64,000 nucleotides of DNA from Prochlorococcus sp. AG-679-K21 (lineage in GTDB: Bacteria > Cyanobacteriota > Cyanobacteriia > PCC-6307 > Cyanobiaceae): assembly GCA_003208885.1 (NCBI GenBank), contig QCUP01000001.1:12750-76749 (forward strand), read 5' to 3'. Of the stretch, positions 1-9,279 are shown in pieces; within the stretch, counting starts at the first letter, position 1; each line of letters begins with the position of its first letter. The notes beneath the pieces are model-generated. The model was not told the DNA's origin. It was given only the letters and a program-made list of their open reading frames with translations, and ran no database searches. Made by a program: the position numbers and the translations under genes.

Positions 1-852
1 TCTCAGTACTTTTGCGGCAACTATACTACTCACTCCGCTATTATCAATTTCTGGAGATAATTCCACAATATCTGAAGCGACAATTCTAAAGTCTTTTAGA
101 GTTTCAAGAATTACTTCAAAGTCATTCCAAAAAAAACCTCCTGGTTCTGGAGTTCCTGTACCAGGTAATAAACTTGGATCAAACCAATCTAAATCTATTG
201 TTAAATATATTGGTGAATTAGAGTAAGGAAGAAGAGCTTTTTTAAATTCTTGAGCATTTCCTCCTGGTAAGAATCTTACTAATTGATTTTGTTGACTCAT
301 AAATTTAAACTCTTCTTTGGTGCCACTTCTTATCCCAACTTGCAAAATCTTTTGTTCAGGTAAAACATCTAAGCATCTTTGCATTGCACAGGCATGACTA
401 TGTTCATTCCCCATATATGAGGTTCTTAAATCCGCATGAGCATCTAATTGAATTAAAATCAGATCTGGATATTTATTTACTAACGCCTCAATAGCACCAC
501 TAGTAATAGAGTGCTCACCTCCAAGAATAATGGGAGTAAGCTTTCTGCTGATAATGAAATCTGTTGCTGATTTGACTGATTTTATGACAGACTTTGAGTC
601 ACTTTTATCTATTTCTAGTGAACCAAAATCAACATAATTATAATCTTCTAAATCTTTTCCTAATCTTGGACAAAATGTTTCTAAGCATGTGCTTACTGTC
701 CTTATGGCATTTGGACCAAATCTAGTCCCTGACTTATAAGAGCATGTGCCATCATAATTGACTCCAAATATTCCAATTGAACAATCATCAGGATTTCTTT
801 TAGCCCCCATAAAAATTGCACCTTCGTTATCAAATAAGTTTTTATTGATCAT
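1..852 (-). CDS. speB: Agmatinase / ureohydrolase (3' end outside window)
   Basis: Not in the ORF track. Read by eye from ATG at 852 (MINKNLFDNEGAIFMGA...). Ureohydrolase motifs GGEHSIT, DAHAD and DLDWFDP..PGTGTPEPGG. Starts 2 nt after the speE stop. Confidence 0.9.
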   Translation of the reverse strand, partial: MINKNLFDNEGAIFMGAKRNPDDCSIGIFGVNYDGTCSYKSGTRFGPNAIRTVSTCLETFCPRLGKDLEDYNYVDFGSLEIDKSDSKSVIKSVKSATDFIISRKLTPIILGGEHSITSGAIEALVNKYPDLILIQLDAHADLRTSYMGNEHSHACAMQRCLDVLPEQKILQVGIRSGTKEEFKFMSQQNQLVRFLPGGNAQEFKKALLPYSNSPIYLTIDLDWFDPSLLPGTGTPEPGGFFWNDFEVILETLKDFRIVASDIVELSPEIDNSGVSSIVAAKVLR

Positions 853-854
853 TT

Positions 855-1706
855 TTACGAATTGAGTTCTTTTACAATTTTATTTGGCATCATTTTGAAT
901 GCAGCATTTTGAAAATTTAAATTCCATACATCACAATCTTTTTCTATTTTCATAACTTCTTTGTAATTGCCTTTTGATAAATTTAATTCTTCTTCTGAGG
1001 CGAATGTCCAACTCCAAATACCACTTGGATATATGGGCACAAATGAATACATAGTTTCAGATGATTTGAATATTTGATTGAGTGATTTCAAAATATGTAT
1101 ATGTATATTTTTGAATGATTCCGGAGATTCACTTTGAGTCGCTAATATCCCTTTTTTCGTAAGTATTCTTTTACATTCTTTATAAAAGGAATCTGTAAAT
1201 AATAAATTAGAAAATTCTGATGGATCTGAACAATCTATAAAAATAACATCATAAAAATTATCTTTAGTTTTTTCTACCCATTTAACTCCATCATCAATAT
1301 GTATAGCTAATCTTTTATCACTCCACGCTTCACCTCCAATTTCTTGTAAAAATGTTTTAGATACTTTTATGACTTCCTCATCAATTTCTACCAAGTCAAT
1401 TTTTGCAACTTGAGAGTATTTTAAGCATTCTCTTGCAGTTCCACCATCACCCCCTCCAATAATCAGTACGTGAGATTTCTTATCAACGAAACTTAATGCT
1501 GGATGAACAAGGCATTCATGATAATATTTCTCGTCTCTCAATGACGTCATCCAACATCCATCTAACATTAAAGCTTTACCATAAAAATCATTCTCTATAA
1601 TGAGAATTTCTTGATATTTAGAATTTTTTTTAAGTAATACTTTCCCATTGAGCCCAAATCTTGAGCCTTTGTGGTGTTCATCTATCCAAGTTGGCATATC
1701 TTTCAT
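855..1706 (-). CDS. speE: Polyamine aminopropyltransferase (spermidine synthase family)
   Basis: S-x-YQEI, LDG, YHECLVHP, LIIGGGDGG, VEIDEEV and YDVIFID motifs. Confidence 0.92.
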   Translation of the reverse strand: MKDMPTWIDEHHKGSRFGLNGKVLLKKNSKYQEILIIENDFYGKALMLDGCWMTSLRDEKYYHECLVHPALSFVDKKSHVLIIGGGDGGTARECLKYSQVAKIDLVEIDEEVIKVSKTFLQEIGGEAWSDKRLAIHIDDGVKWVEKTKDNFYDVIFIDCSDPSEFSNLLFTDSFYKECKRILTKKGILATQSESPESFKNIHIHILKSLNQIFKSSETMYSFVPIYPSGIWSWTFASEEELNLSKGNYKEVMKIEKDCDVWNLNFQNAAFKMMPNKIVKELNS

Positions 1707-2554
1707 TTTTTTTCAATTTTTCTCTCATTAGTGTTTTTTTAGCAACTTCCCAAAGCCGCTGAAAATCTTCTGGGTTTTGTTTTTTAATATTATCTCCTAC
1801 CTGATCTTCAATTATTGCAAATCTGTCTAAAAATTTTTTATTAGTATTTTGAAGAGATGATTCTGGATTTATTTTTAGAAAGTTTGAAAGACTTATTAAA
1901 GTAAAGTAAACATCTCCAAATTCATCTTTTATATCATGCGCCTTTTTGCTTTTTATTGCCTCTTTTAATTCGCATATTTCTTCATCTAATTTATCAAAAA
2001 TCTTTTTACTACTGTCCCACTTAAAACCGAATTCTTTAACACTATTGGTAATCTTGTTTGATCCTATTGTTGCGGGTAAACTTTTTATTTTTGATTTTAA
2101 TCGTCTACTAATTGATGATTTCTTATAGAACGCCTTATTTTCTGAATTTTTAATATTTTCCCAAATTTCTTGTGACTGTTTTAAAGATACTCTTTCTTTT
2201 TTTTTGAAAATATACGGATGTCTTTTAATAATTTTTTTATTTAAATTTTCAATAATATCTTTTAATTCAAATTATTTTTTCAAAGCCAATTTCGGCATGA
2301 AGCATTATTTGTAATAAGAGATCTCCTAATTCTTCACAAATATTATTCGCGTTTTTTTCATATATTGCATCAATAAATTCACTACTTTCTTCATTTAAAA
2401 AGGGGATCAAGGATTTATGTGACTGTTTCTTTTGCCAAGGGCAGCCCCAAGTTTTATCTTTTAAATATTTTATATTTGATATTAAAATCTTGAAACTCTC
2501 TAAAGTGTTTAGATCACTATCTTTCTGATTGTTATATCCATTTTGTAAGTTCAT
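1678..2554 (-). pseudogene. mazG: MazG nucleoside triphosphate pyrophosphohydrolase, frameshifted near 2270-2280 (real pseudogene or sequencing error)
   Basis: The 95-aa ORF has GCPW..Q and EELGDLLLQ. Another frame continues uninterrupted from 2271 to TGA at 1678-1680 with RHPYIF, GFKW, EEICELKEA, DEFGDVYF and NKKFLDRF. Confidence 0.88.
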
Positions 2555-2652
2555 AAAACTGTATCTTATTTATTCAATTTTGCCTTAATCATGAAATATT
2601 TAAATACTTAGTATAAAATTTTCAACTTCATCTACTAGAATAGATAATTATA

Positions 2653-2724
<72 letters not shown>

Positions 2725-2740
2725 TTTTCTTTTTATAACA

Positions 2741-3082
2741 ATGACTGAGATCGTTAATCTTTCAATCAGTCAAACTGCAGCATCAGAGCTTTCAAGGCAA
2801 GCATCTTTTGGTGGATCGCCGGGTGAAATGTCTATTGACTTAGTCAAAGATGATTTAGGCTCAGAAGGATGGATGCATATTAAATTAAAACCAGGTACAT
2901 GTAATGGATCTCCAATATCCAGAACTGAAGGCATAACTTTATATGCTGATACTAAAAAGTTTTCCTTATTAAAAGATTTAAAACTTGATTATTACAGTGA
3001 TTTAAGTGGTGGAGGTTTTCTTATCTCAACTCCTAAAAATGCCAAGAGGTGTGCTTGCGGTTCTGGTTTTAAACTCTTGTAG
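2741..3082 (+). CDS. HesB/IscA-like (A-type Fe-S carrier family) protein
   Basis: LDY...GGGF...P.AKRCACGSGF C-terminal signature. Confidence 0.78.
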   Translation: MTEIVNLSISQTAASELSRQASFGGSPGEMSIDLVKDDLGSEGWMHIKLKPGTCNGSPISRTEGITLYADTKKFSLLKDLKLDYYSDLSGGGFLISTPKNAKRCACGSGFKLL

Positions 3083-3168
3083 CTTTACATATATTTTGCA
3101 AACTGATATTTTTTTAAATTATTTGCTTCTATCAATATAAAATAAGTAAAAAGCTAATGAAATAACTA

Positions 3169-5931
3169 TTGCAAATGAATGAGTCTAATGATGAACTTAA
3201 ATTAAATAATTATTTGCCTTCACAGGTAGAACAAAAATGGCAAAAGCAATGGGATAGGTTAAGAGCATTTAGTCCTAATCCTAATGATAAAGGAGATCCT
3301 TTTTGTATAGTTATTCCGCCTCCAAATGTAACAGGCTCTTTGCATATGGGCCATGCTTTCAATACTGCATTAATAGATGTGATTATTCGTTTTCAAAGAC
3401 TTCTTGGTAAAAATGTTTTGTGTTTACCTGGTACTGATCATGCTTCAATAGCCGTTCAAACTATTCTTGAAAAACAATTAAAAACTGAGGGTAAAAATAG
3501 CGAAGATATTGGCAGAGAAGAATTTCTAAAAAGAGCCTGGATTTGGAAAGAGCAAAGTGGGGGTAAAATAATATCCCAACTTAAGAGGATTGGGTATTCC
3601 GTAGACTGGGAAAGAGAAAGATTTACTTTAGATGAAAAATTGAATGAAGCAGTTGTTGAAGCTTTTAATATTTTGCATGAGAAAAAACTGATTTATAGAG
3701 GTGAATATTTAGTTAATTGGTGTCCAGCATCTCAATCAGCAGTTAGTGATCTTGAAGTTGAAATGCAGGAGGTTAATGGATACTTATGGCATTTTAAATA
3801 TCCACTAATTTCTAATCAGGGTCAAATCTTAGATGAATATTTAGAGGTCGCAACAACTCGACCTGAAACCTTATTGGGAGATACCGCTTTAGCTGTTAAT
3901 CCAAACGATGAAAGATATAAAAAATATATTGATAAAAAAGTGAAAGTACCTTTTGTTGATAGAGAAATACCTGTTATTTCTGACATACACGTTGATAAGG
4001 ATTTTGGTACAGGTTGTGTAAAGGTTACACCAGCTCATGATCCTAATGATTTTGCTATCGGCAAAAGGAATAATTTAAAGCAAATCAATATAATGAATAA
4101 AGATGGAACTCTAAATATTAATGCAGGAAAGTTTCAGGATTTAGATAGATTTGATGCTAGAAAACAAATCATAAAGGAATTAGATACTTTAGGTTTATTA
4201 ACTAAAATAGAAAACTATAAAAATACAGTACCTTTTTCTGATAGAGGAAAAGTGCCAATTGAACCATTATTGTCAACCCAGTGGTTTTTAAAAATGGACA
4301 ATATTTCTTCAAATTGTCTAAAAGAACTTGATTCTAAAAAGCCTACCTTTATTCCTCAGCGTTGGGAGAAAGTTTATAAAGATTGGTTAGATAATATTAA
4401 TGATTGGTGTATAAGTAGACAATTATGGTGGGGACATCAAATTCCTGCATGGTATGTATTAAAACAAACAGAAGACTCAATAGATCAAAATACTCCATAT
4501 GTTGTTGCAAGAAATGAGAAAGAAGCATTAAGCAAAGCTACTAAAGAATTTGGGTCTAATTTGCAACTTATTCGTGATAAGGACGTTTTAGATACTTGGT
4601 TTTCAAGTGGTTTATGGCCTTTCTCTACCTTGGGGTGGCCTAATACCAATGATGCAGATTTTAAAAAATGGTATCCAAATAGTGTTTTAGTTACTGGTTT
4701 CGATATTATTTTCTTTTGGGTAGCAAGGATGACAATGATGGGAAAAACTTTTACGAATAATATTCCATTCAAAGATGTTTATATTCATGGTTTAGTTCGA
4801 GATGAAAATAATAAAAAAATGAGTAAAAGCTCTGGTAATGGAATTGATCCTTTGCTGTTGATTGATAAATATGGTTCTGATGCTTTGCGATTTGCTTTAC
4901 TTCGTGAAGTCGCTGGCGCTGGTCAGGATATAAGGCTTGATTTTGATAGGAAAGAAAATACTTCTTCAACAGTTGAAGCATCAAGGAATTTTGCAAATAA
5001 GCTTTGGAATGCTACTAAATTTGTTTTAATAAATAAAACTTTTTCTGATAATTATTCTTTAAATGAGAGTGATGAAAAATATTTAGAATTATCTGATAAG
5101 TGGATTTTATCAAAATTAAATCGGTTGAATATAAAAGTATCTAATCTTTTAATTGAATATAAATTAGGCGAATCTGCAAAATTATTATATGAATTCGCAT
5201 GGAATGACTTTTGTGATTGGTATGTTGAATTTGCAAAACAAAAATTTAATAATAAAGAAACCCATAACAGAAAAATATCTGAAAAAATATTAATCAAAGT
5301 ACTAACTGATGTGTTGGTTATGATGCATCCCTTTATGCCACATATCACTGAAGAACTTTGGCATAAATTGCAAATAAAACCTGAACAAATTTTATTATCT
5401 CTTCAGAAATGGCCTGTATTAGAAAAAAAATATATAAATTCTCAAATAGATAAATCTTTTCAAGAACTCTTTGAAATAATTAGATTGATTAGAAATCTTA
5501 GGGTTGAGTTAGGACTTAAGCCATCTCAACTGGTCCCTGTTTACTTAATTTCAGATAATGTTGAATTAACTAACTTTTTGAAAACATTATTAGTTGATAT
5601 TAAAACTTTTACTAAGTCATCTGAAGTTTTTATTTGTAAATCTAAGGATATTGATAAAAATAATTTTGCTCAGTCTTTTTCTGGCATTATTGGTGATATA
5701 GAAGTCTATTTACCCTTTAATAATTTTGTAAATCTAGAAGCTTTAAAGGATAGACTTACTAAAGACCTGCAAAAAGTCAATTCTGATATAGAAATATTAA
5801 ATAAGAGAATATCTAACAAAAACTTTATAGACAAAGCTCCTAAAGATATTGTTGAGGAATGTTTTGCAAAGTTGAAAGAAGGAAATTTGCAATCGGAAAG
5901 AATAAATAAAAAACTTAAATTATTAGAATAA
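3169..5931 (+). CDS. valS: Valyl-tRNA synthetase (start may be ATG 3175)
   Basis: PPPNVTGSLHMGH (HIGH) and KMSKS motifs, WCISRQLWWGH, C-terminal coiled coil. Confidence 0.98.
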   Translation: MQMNESNDELKLNNYLPSQVEQKWQKQWDRLRAFSPNPNDKGDPFCIVIPPPNVTGSLHMGHAFNTALIDVIIRFQRLLGKNVLCLPGTDHASIAVQTILEKQLKTEGKNSEDIGREEFLKRAWIWKEQSGGKIISQLKRIGYSVDWERERFTLDEKLNEAVVEAFNILHEKKLIYRGEYLVNWCPASQSAVSDLEVEMQEVNGYLWHFKYPLISNQGQILDEYLEVATTRPETLLGDTALAVNPNDERYKKYIDKKVKVPFVDREIPVISDIHVDKDFGTGCVKVTPAHDPNDFAIGKRNNLKQINIMNKDGTLNINAGKFQDLDRFDARKQIIKELDTLGLLTKIENYKNTVPFSDRGKVPIEPLLSTQWFLKMDNISSNCLKELDSKKPTFIPQRWEKVYKDWLDNINDWCISRQLWWGHQIPAWYVLKQTEDSIDQNTPYVVARNEKEALSKATKEFGSNLQLIRDKDVLDTWFSSGLWPFSTLGWPNTNDADFKKWYPNSVLVTGFDIIFFWVARMTMMGKTFTNNIPFKDVYIHGLVRDENNKKMSKSSGNGIDPLLLIDKYGSDALRFALLREVAGAGQDIRLDFDRKENTSSTVEASRNFANKLWNATKFVLINKTFSDNYSLNESDEKYLELSDKWILSKLNRLNIKVSNLLIEYKLGESAKLLYEFAWNDFCDWYVEFAKQKFNNKETHNRKISEKILIKVLTDVLVMMHPFMPHITEELWHKLQIKPEQILLSLQKWPVLEKKYINSQIDKSFQELFEIIRLIRNLRVELGLKPSQLVPVYLISDNVELTNFLKTLLVDIKTFTKSSEVFICKSKDIDKNNFAQSFSGIIGDIEVYLPFNNFVNLEALKDRLTKDLQKVNSDIEILNKRISNKNFIDKAPKDIVEECFAKLKEGNLQSERINKKLKLLE

Positions 5932-5932
5932 T

Positions 5933-6544
5933 ATGACTCCTTTTTTTGAAAATATCTATGATTTAGCCTATTTTTTCAATACAAACATTGGGATTTTTGC
6001 TTTTATCCTTTTATATATTTTAATTGTTTTATTGATTCTGCCTGCCTCTTGGTTATCTTTATTATCTGGTTTTTTATATGGTTCTTATCTTGGTTCAATA
6101 ATAGTTTTTTTTGCGGCAGTCATTGGAGCTTCAATAGCATTCTTTATTTCAAAAAGTTTTTTATCTATAAAGCTTAAAAAAGTTATTAATCGTTTCCCCA
6201 GATTAAGTCTTATGGAACAAGTAGTGCAGAAAGGTGGTCTCAAATTAATCCTTTTAGCGCGACTTTCTCCTTTATTTCCTTTTAGTATACTTAATTATTT
6301 TTATGGTTTAAATAATATAAAATTTAGAAACTTTGCTCTTGGTCTTTTAGGAATCATTCCTGGAACATTTCTTTATTGTTCTATAGGGAGCTTGGCAAAA
6401 AGTTTGCAGGATTTAAAAAATTTACAGCCATCAAATAATTTATTTATAACAACTATAAGTGTGGTTTCTACTTTGATGGTTGTTTATTTTTCAGCAAAGT
6501 ACGCTAAAGAATATATTAATGACTCAAAAGAAATTAATCTCTAA
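5933..6544 (+). CDS. TVP38/TMEM64 (DedA / SNARE-associated) membrane protein
   Basis: Hydrophobic, with LARLSPLFPFSILNY and GIIPGT motifs. Confidence 0.85.
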   Translation: MTPFFENIYDLAYFFNTNIGIFAFILLYILIVLLILPASWLSLLSGFLYGSYLGSIIVFFAAVIGASIAFFISKSFLSIKLKKVINRFPRLSLMEQVVQKGGLKLILLARLSPLFPFSILNYFYGLNNIKFRNFALGLLGIIPGTFLYCSIGSLAKSLQDLKNLQPSNNLFITTISVVSTLMVVYFSAKYAKEYINDSKEINL

Positions 6545-6686
6545 TATTCCAATCTCTTATAGAGGCAAAAATTACAAACCAAAAAAGTCTTAATTTTCCA
6601 AGCAAACTTTTATTAGATTGTAATTCTATATATTTTGCTTGACCGCAAGGGGTTTTAATATATTTGAAAAGATTTTTGTTATCCAT
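6534..6686 (-). CDS. Small hypothetical protein, 50 aa (MDNKNLFKYIKTPCGQAKYIELQSNKSLLGKLRLFWFVIFASIRDWNIRD)
   Basis: Read by eye, ATG 6686 to TAA 6534. Fills the gap downstream of the ligase, has a C-terminal aromatic/hydrophobic stretch, and is below the track length cutoff. Confidence 0.65.
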   Translation of the reverse strand: MDNKNLFKYIKTPCGQAKYIELQSNKSLLGKLRLFWFVIFASIRDWNIRD

Positions 6687-6813
6687 AAAAATCAATATCT
6701 TTCGGTAGTAATTTATTAATCACTAATAGTGTATTTCATTATCTACTTTTTTAGTTTTTCATCATTTACTGCTAGCTTAAATATTGACTTCTATGAAACG
6801 AATCCCCTTAATA

Positions 6814-8145
6814 TTATATTTTTTCACCTGGTCCGAAACCTCTAAAGCACTTGAATCTTGGAAACCTAAGACTAAATGTTTCAGCATCTTGAGATTGAGT
6901 TCTTGCATCAGCTCTGATTTCTACCAATTGGCCGATTAGTTTATCTCTTCCACTCCAATACTCTTCACGTTGAGAATCACTAAATCCACTCCCGCAATTA
7001 AGACGATAATTATATTGATCATCTTTACCTTCAACAAGGATTGCTCCAAGCCTGCCTTCGTTTCGGCCTGTCCCTTCTTCTATTGCTACAACTCTTAAAG
7101 TAACTTCTATGAATGGTTTTGCTTTTAACCAATTATGTGTTCTTTTGCATTCATACCAACCATGAGGATTTTTAATCATCACGCCTTCATATCCTCCCTC
7201 TACGGCTGATTTGTTAAGTTCTACAAATCTACTTTGTCCTTCAGGAGTATCTAAATCCACATTTTCCCAGTCAAGTGTTTGGACATGTTTTAAAAGAGTT
7301 GCATTTTTTGCTACCCAATCTTTTACCAACATACTTCTAGTAGTTTGATCTTTTTCCCATAAACCCTTCTTGAAATATTTAATTGGACATATATCAAATA
7401 AATGTAAAACTGCATCTTTGGATTGTTTGCCATCTTTTCTATGTACTTGCTTCATTAGGTCTTGAAAATTAGCACTCATTACTTCACCGTCTAAGACTAA
7501 ATCGTAGGGAGCAGGATGCTTCTCTAATACTTTTTCTATTTCTGTAATGATATGACCAAAGTTATAAAACTGTTTGCCGTTTCGAGAAAACATTTCTACT
7601 TTATTTTTTCTAATAATTGTTAATACTCTGACCCCGTCTAATTTAATCTCAATTTGTTTCTTGCCTATCATCTTCTTTTCATGGTTTGCGCTGTCATATG
7701 CAAGGGGACATGAGAAGATTGGTATATAATACTTTGGAAACTTTTTTGCAACTTTGTTTATTGTTTTTTCAGAAACCCCACAACGAAGATCTTTTATCAA
7801 TACTCGTCTATAAAATCCGTTCCATTGTTCTTTAGTTGCAGATTTCATAACTAAATTGATCGCATCTCTAGCGGCATGCCCAGTAAGTTCTCTTTTGATT
7901 AATTTATTTGTTAATACTTTAAAAATACTCCATTTACATCTTTGACTAGATGTCTCTTCTTCTTTTTCAGGTACTTGCTTTACACCAAAAGTTATTAAAG
8001 GATCTAAGGCCATAGTTATTCCCTCAAAAAAATCATTCAGCCCATTTTCCATTGCTTCAAAGATGATTTTTTCTTTATCTAGTCTGCTTGGGTGTAATTC
8101 TAATTTTTTTATTATTTCTTCTTTCCGAAGTTCTTCATGTTTCAC
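6814..8145 (-). CDS. ATP-dependent DNA ligase (T4/phage-like architecture)
   Basis: Nucleotidyltransferase motifs I EIKLDGVR, III VLDGEV, IIIa LHLFDI, IV EGVMIK, V WLKAK, VI RFPRF; N-terminal helical DNA-binding domain; OB fold with CGSGFSD. Confidence 0.92.
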   Translation of the reverse strand: MKHEELRKEEIIKKLELHPSRLDKEKIIFEAMENGLNDFFEGITMALDPLITFGVKQVPEKEEETSSQRCKWSIFKVLTNKLIKRELTGHAARDAINLVMKSATKEQWNGFYRRVLIKDLRCGVSEKTINKVAKKFPKYYIPIFSCPLAYDSANHEKKMIGKKQIEIKLDGVRVLTIIRKNKVEMFSRNGKQFYNFGHIITEIEKVLEKHPAPYDLVLDGEVMSANFQDLMKQVHRKDGKQSKDAVLHLFDICPIKYFKKGLWEKDQTTRSMLVKDWVAKNATLLKHVQTLDWENVDLDTPEGQSRFVELNKSAVEGGYEGVMIKNPHGWYECKRTHNWLKAKPFIEVTLRVVAIEEGTGRNEGRLGAILVEGKDDQYNYRLNCGSGFSDSQREEYWSGRDKLIGQLVEIRADARTQSQDAETFSLRFPRFKCFRGFGPGEKI

Positions 8146-8162
8146 AAGTTTTTGAACCGTTC

Positions 8163-8582
8163 CTAATTTACTTTAGCTATTCTGTCAATTTTCCAATCTT
8201 TATCACTTTTTGAAAAAGTAAAATCTAAGGGAAGCTCATCTTTCTTATCCTCAGATTTTAAATTTAAAGTAATTATGATTTGATCTTCTTGAACTCTTGG
8301 TCTACCTGACTTAAGATTTCTATATTTATTTAAATTTAAGCCAGCTAAAAATTTTAGAAAGTCCTGACGTTTTACATGTGTTTTGTAAGTTTTAGTAGTT
8401 AGTCCGTATGCAGCGTCAATTCTACCTGCTGCTACTTGATCAAAAAATTTCCTAACTAATGGATTAATTCCTCTAGCACTTATGACAAGCTTAACAGCAT
8501 TGAAGGTCCAAAAAGATACAAGCACTGCTCCACCAACTAATAAAGCTTTAACACCAATATCTTTTACTAGTAATGCATCCAT
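8163..8582 (-). CDS. Conserved hypothetical protein, N-terminal membrane anchor plus NTF2-like (DUF4864-type) domain
   Basis: Hydrophobic N-terminus, FFDQVAAGRIDAAY helix, C-terminal WKIDRI strand. Confidence 0.6.
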   Translation of the reverse strand: MDALLVKDIGVKALLVGGAVLVSFWTFNAVKLVISARGINPLVRKFFDQVAAGRIDAAYGLTTKTYKTHVKRQDFLKFLAGLNLNKYRNLKSGRPRVQEDQIIITLNLKSEDKKDELPLDFTFSKSDKDWKIDRIAKVN

Positions 8583-8661
8583 TTTGTAATTAGTTTTTTT
8601 TAATTTTAAGAAAATAAATCGTCTTTGATGACTTTCTTTGTCAAAATAATACTAAATTTAA

Positions 8662-9195
8662 TTGATAATGTCTCTAATTCCTCTTTTACCAGTATTTCAT
8701 AAGTTTAATAGGCAATTTTTTGATCAATCTTTAACAACTAATAGAGAACCTTTAGTAAAGGTTAGATGGAGCGATAATAGATTAAAGACAACTGCAGGTT
8801 TTTATAAGCGTAAACAACTTAAAGGAGTAATTGATTCTGAAATAATTTTGTCAAAGCCAATTTTAAGTAAATTATCGTGTAATGAAATTCATAGTACTTT
8901 ATGTCATGAAATGATTCATGCATGGGTAGATAGGATTTTGAATATAAATGAGATACATGGACCAAATTTTTTGAGTAAAATGAATGAAATTAACAAAGCT
9001 GAAAATAATTTTCAGATAAGTATTAGACATAATTTTCCTGTTGAAAGAAAGGCACTAAAATATACTGGCAAATGTTTAAATTGTGGGGAGAAATATATGT
9101 ATAGAAAAAGAATTAGAAATATTGCCTGTAAGAAATGTTGTAATTTGTTCTTTAATGGATCCTGGAATAAAAAATGTTTAATTTTGTTTGATTGA
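8662..9195 (+). CDS. SprT-family zinc metalloprotease with C-terminal zinc ribbon
   Basis: FN..FF, W..RL..TAG, TLCHEMIH (HExxH), HGPNF, CLNC...CKKC. Confidence 0.88.
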   Translation: MIMSLIPLLPVFHKFNRQFFDQSLTTNREPLVKVRWSDNRLKTTAGFYKRKQLKGVIDSEIILSKPILSKLSCNEIHSTLCHEMIHAWVDRILNINEIHGPNFLSKMNEINKAENNFQISIRHNFPVERKALKYTGKCLNCGEKYMYRKRIRNIACKKCCNLFFNGSWNKKCLILFD

Positions 9196-9279
9196 TAATT
9201 TAAAAATGTGATTTTGTTTCTTTAATTAGAATTTTCTATTATGTTGTTGTAACTTGATATTTAAAAACAAAGATAATTT

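Noticed and set aside
2812-2820. tggatcgcc matches the 3' end of tRNA-Val (possible att duplication)
   Set aside because: Only 9 nt, inside coding sequence (GSP codons), and no integrase; likely chance.
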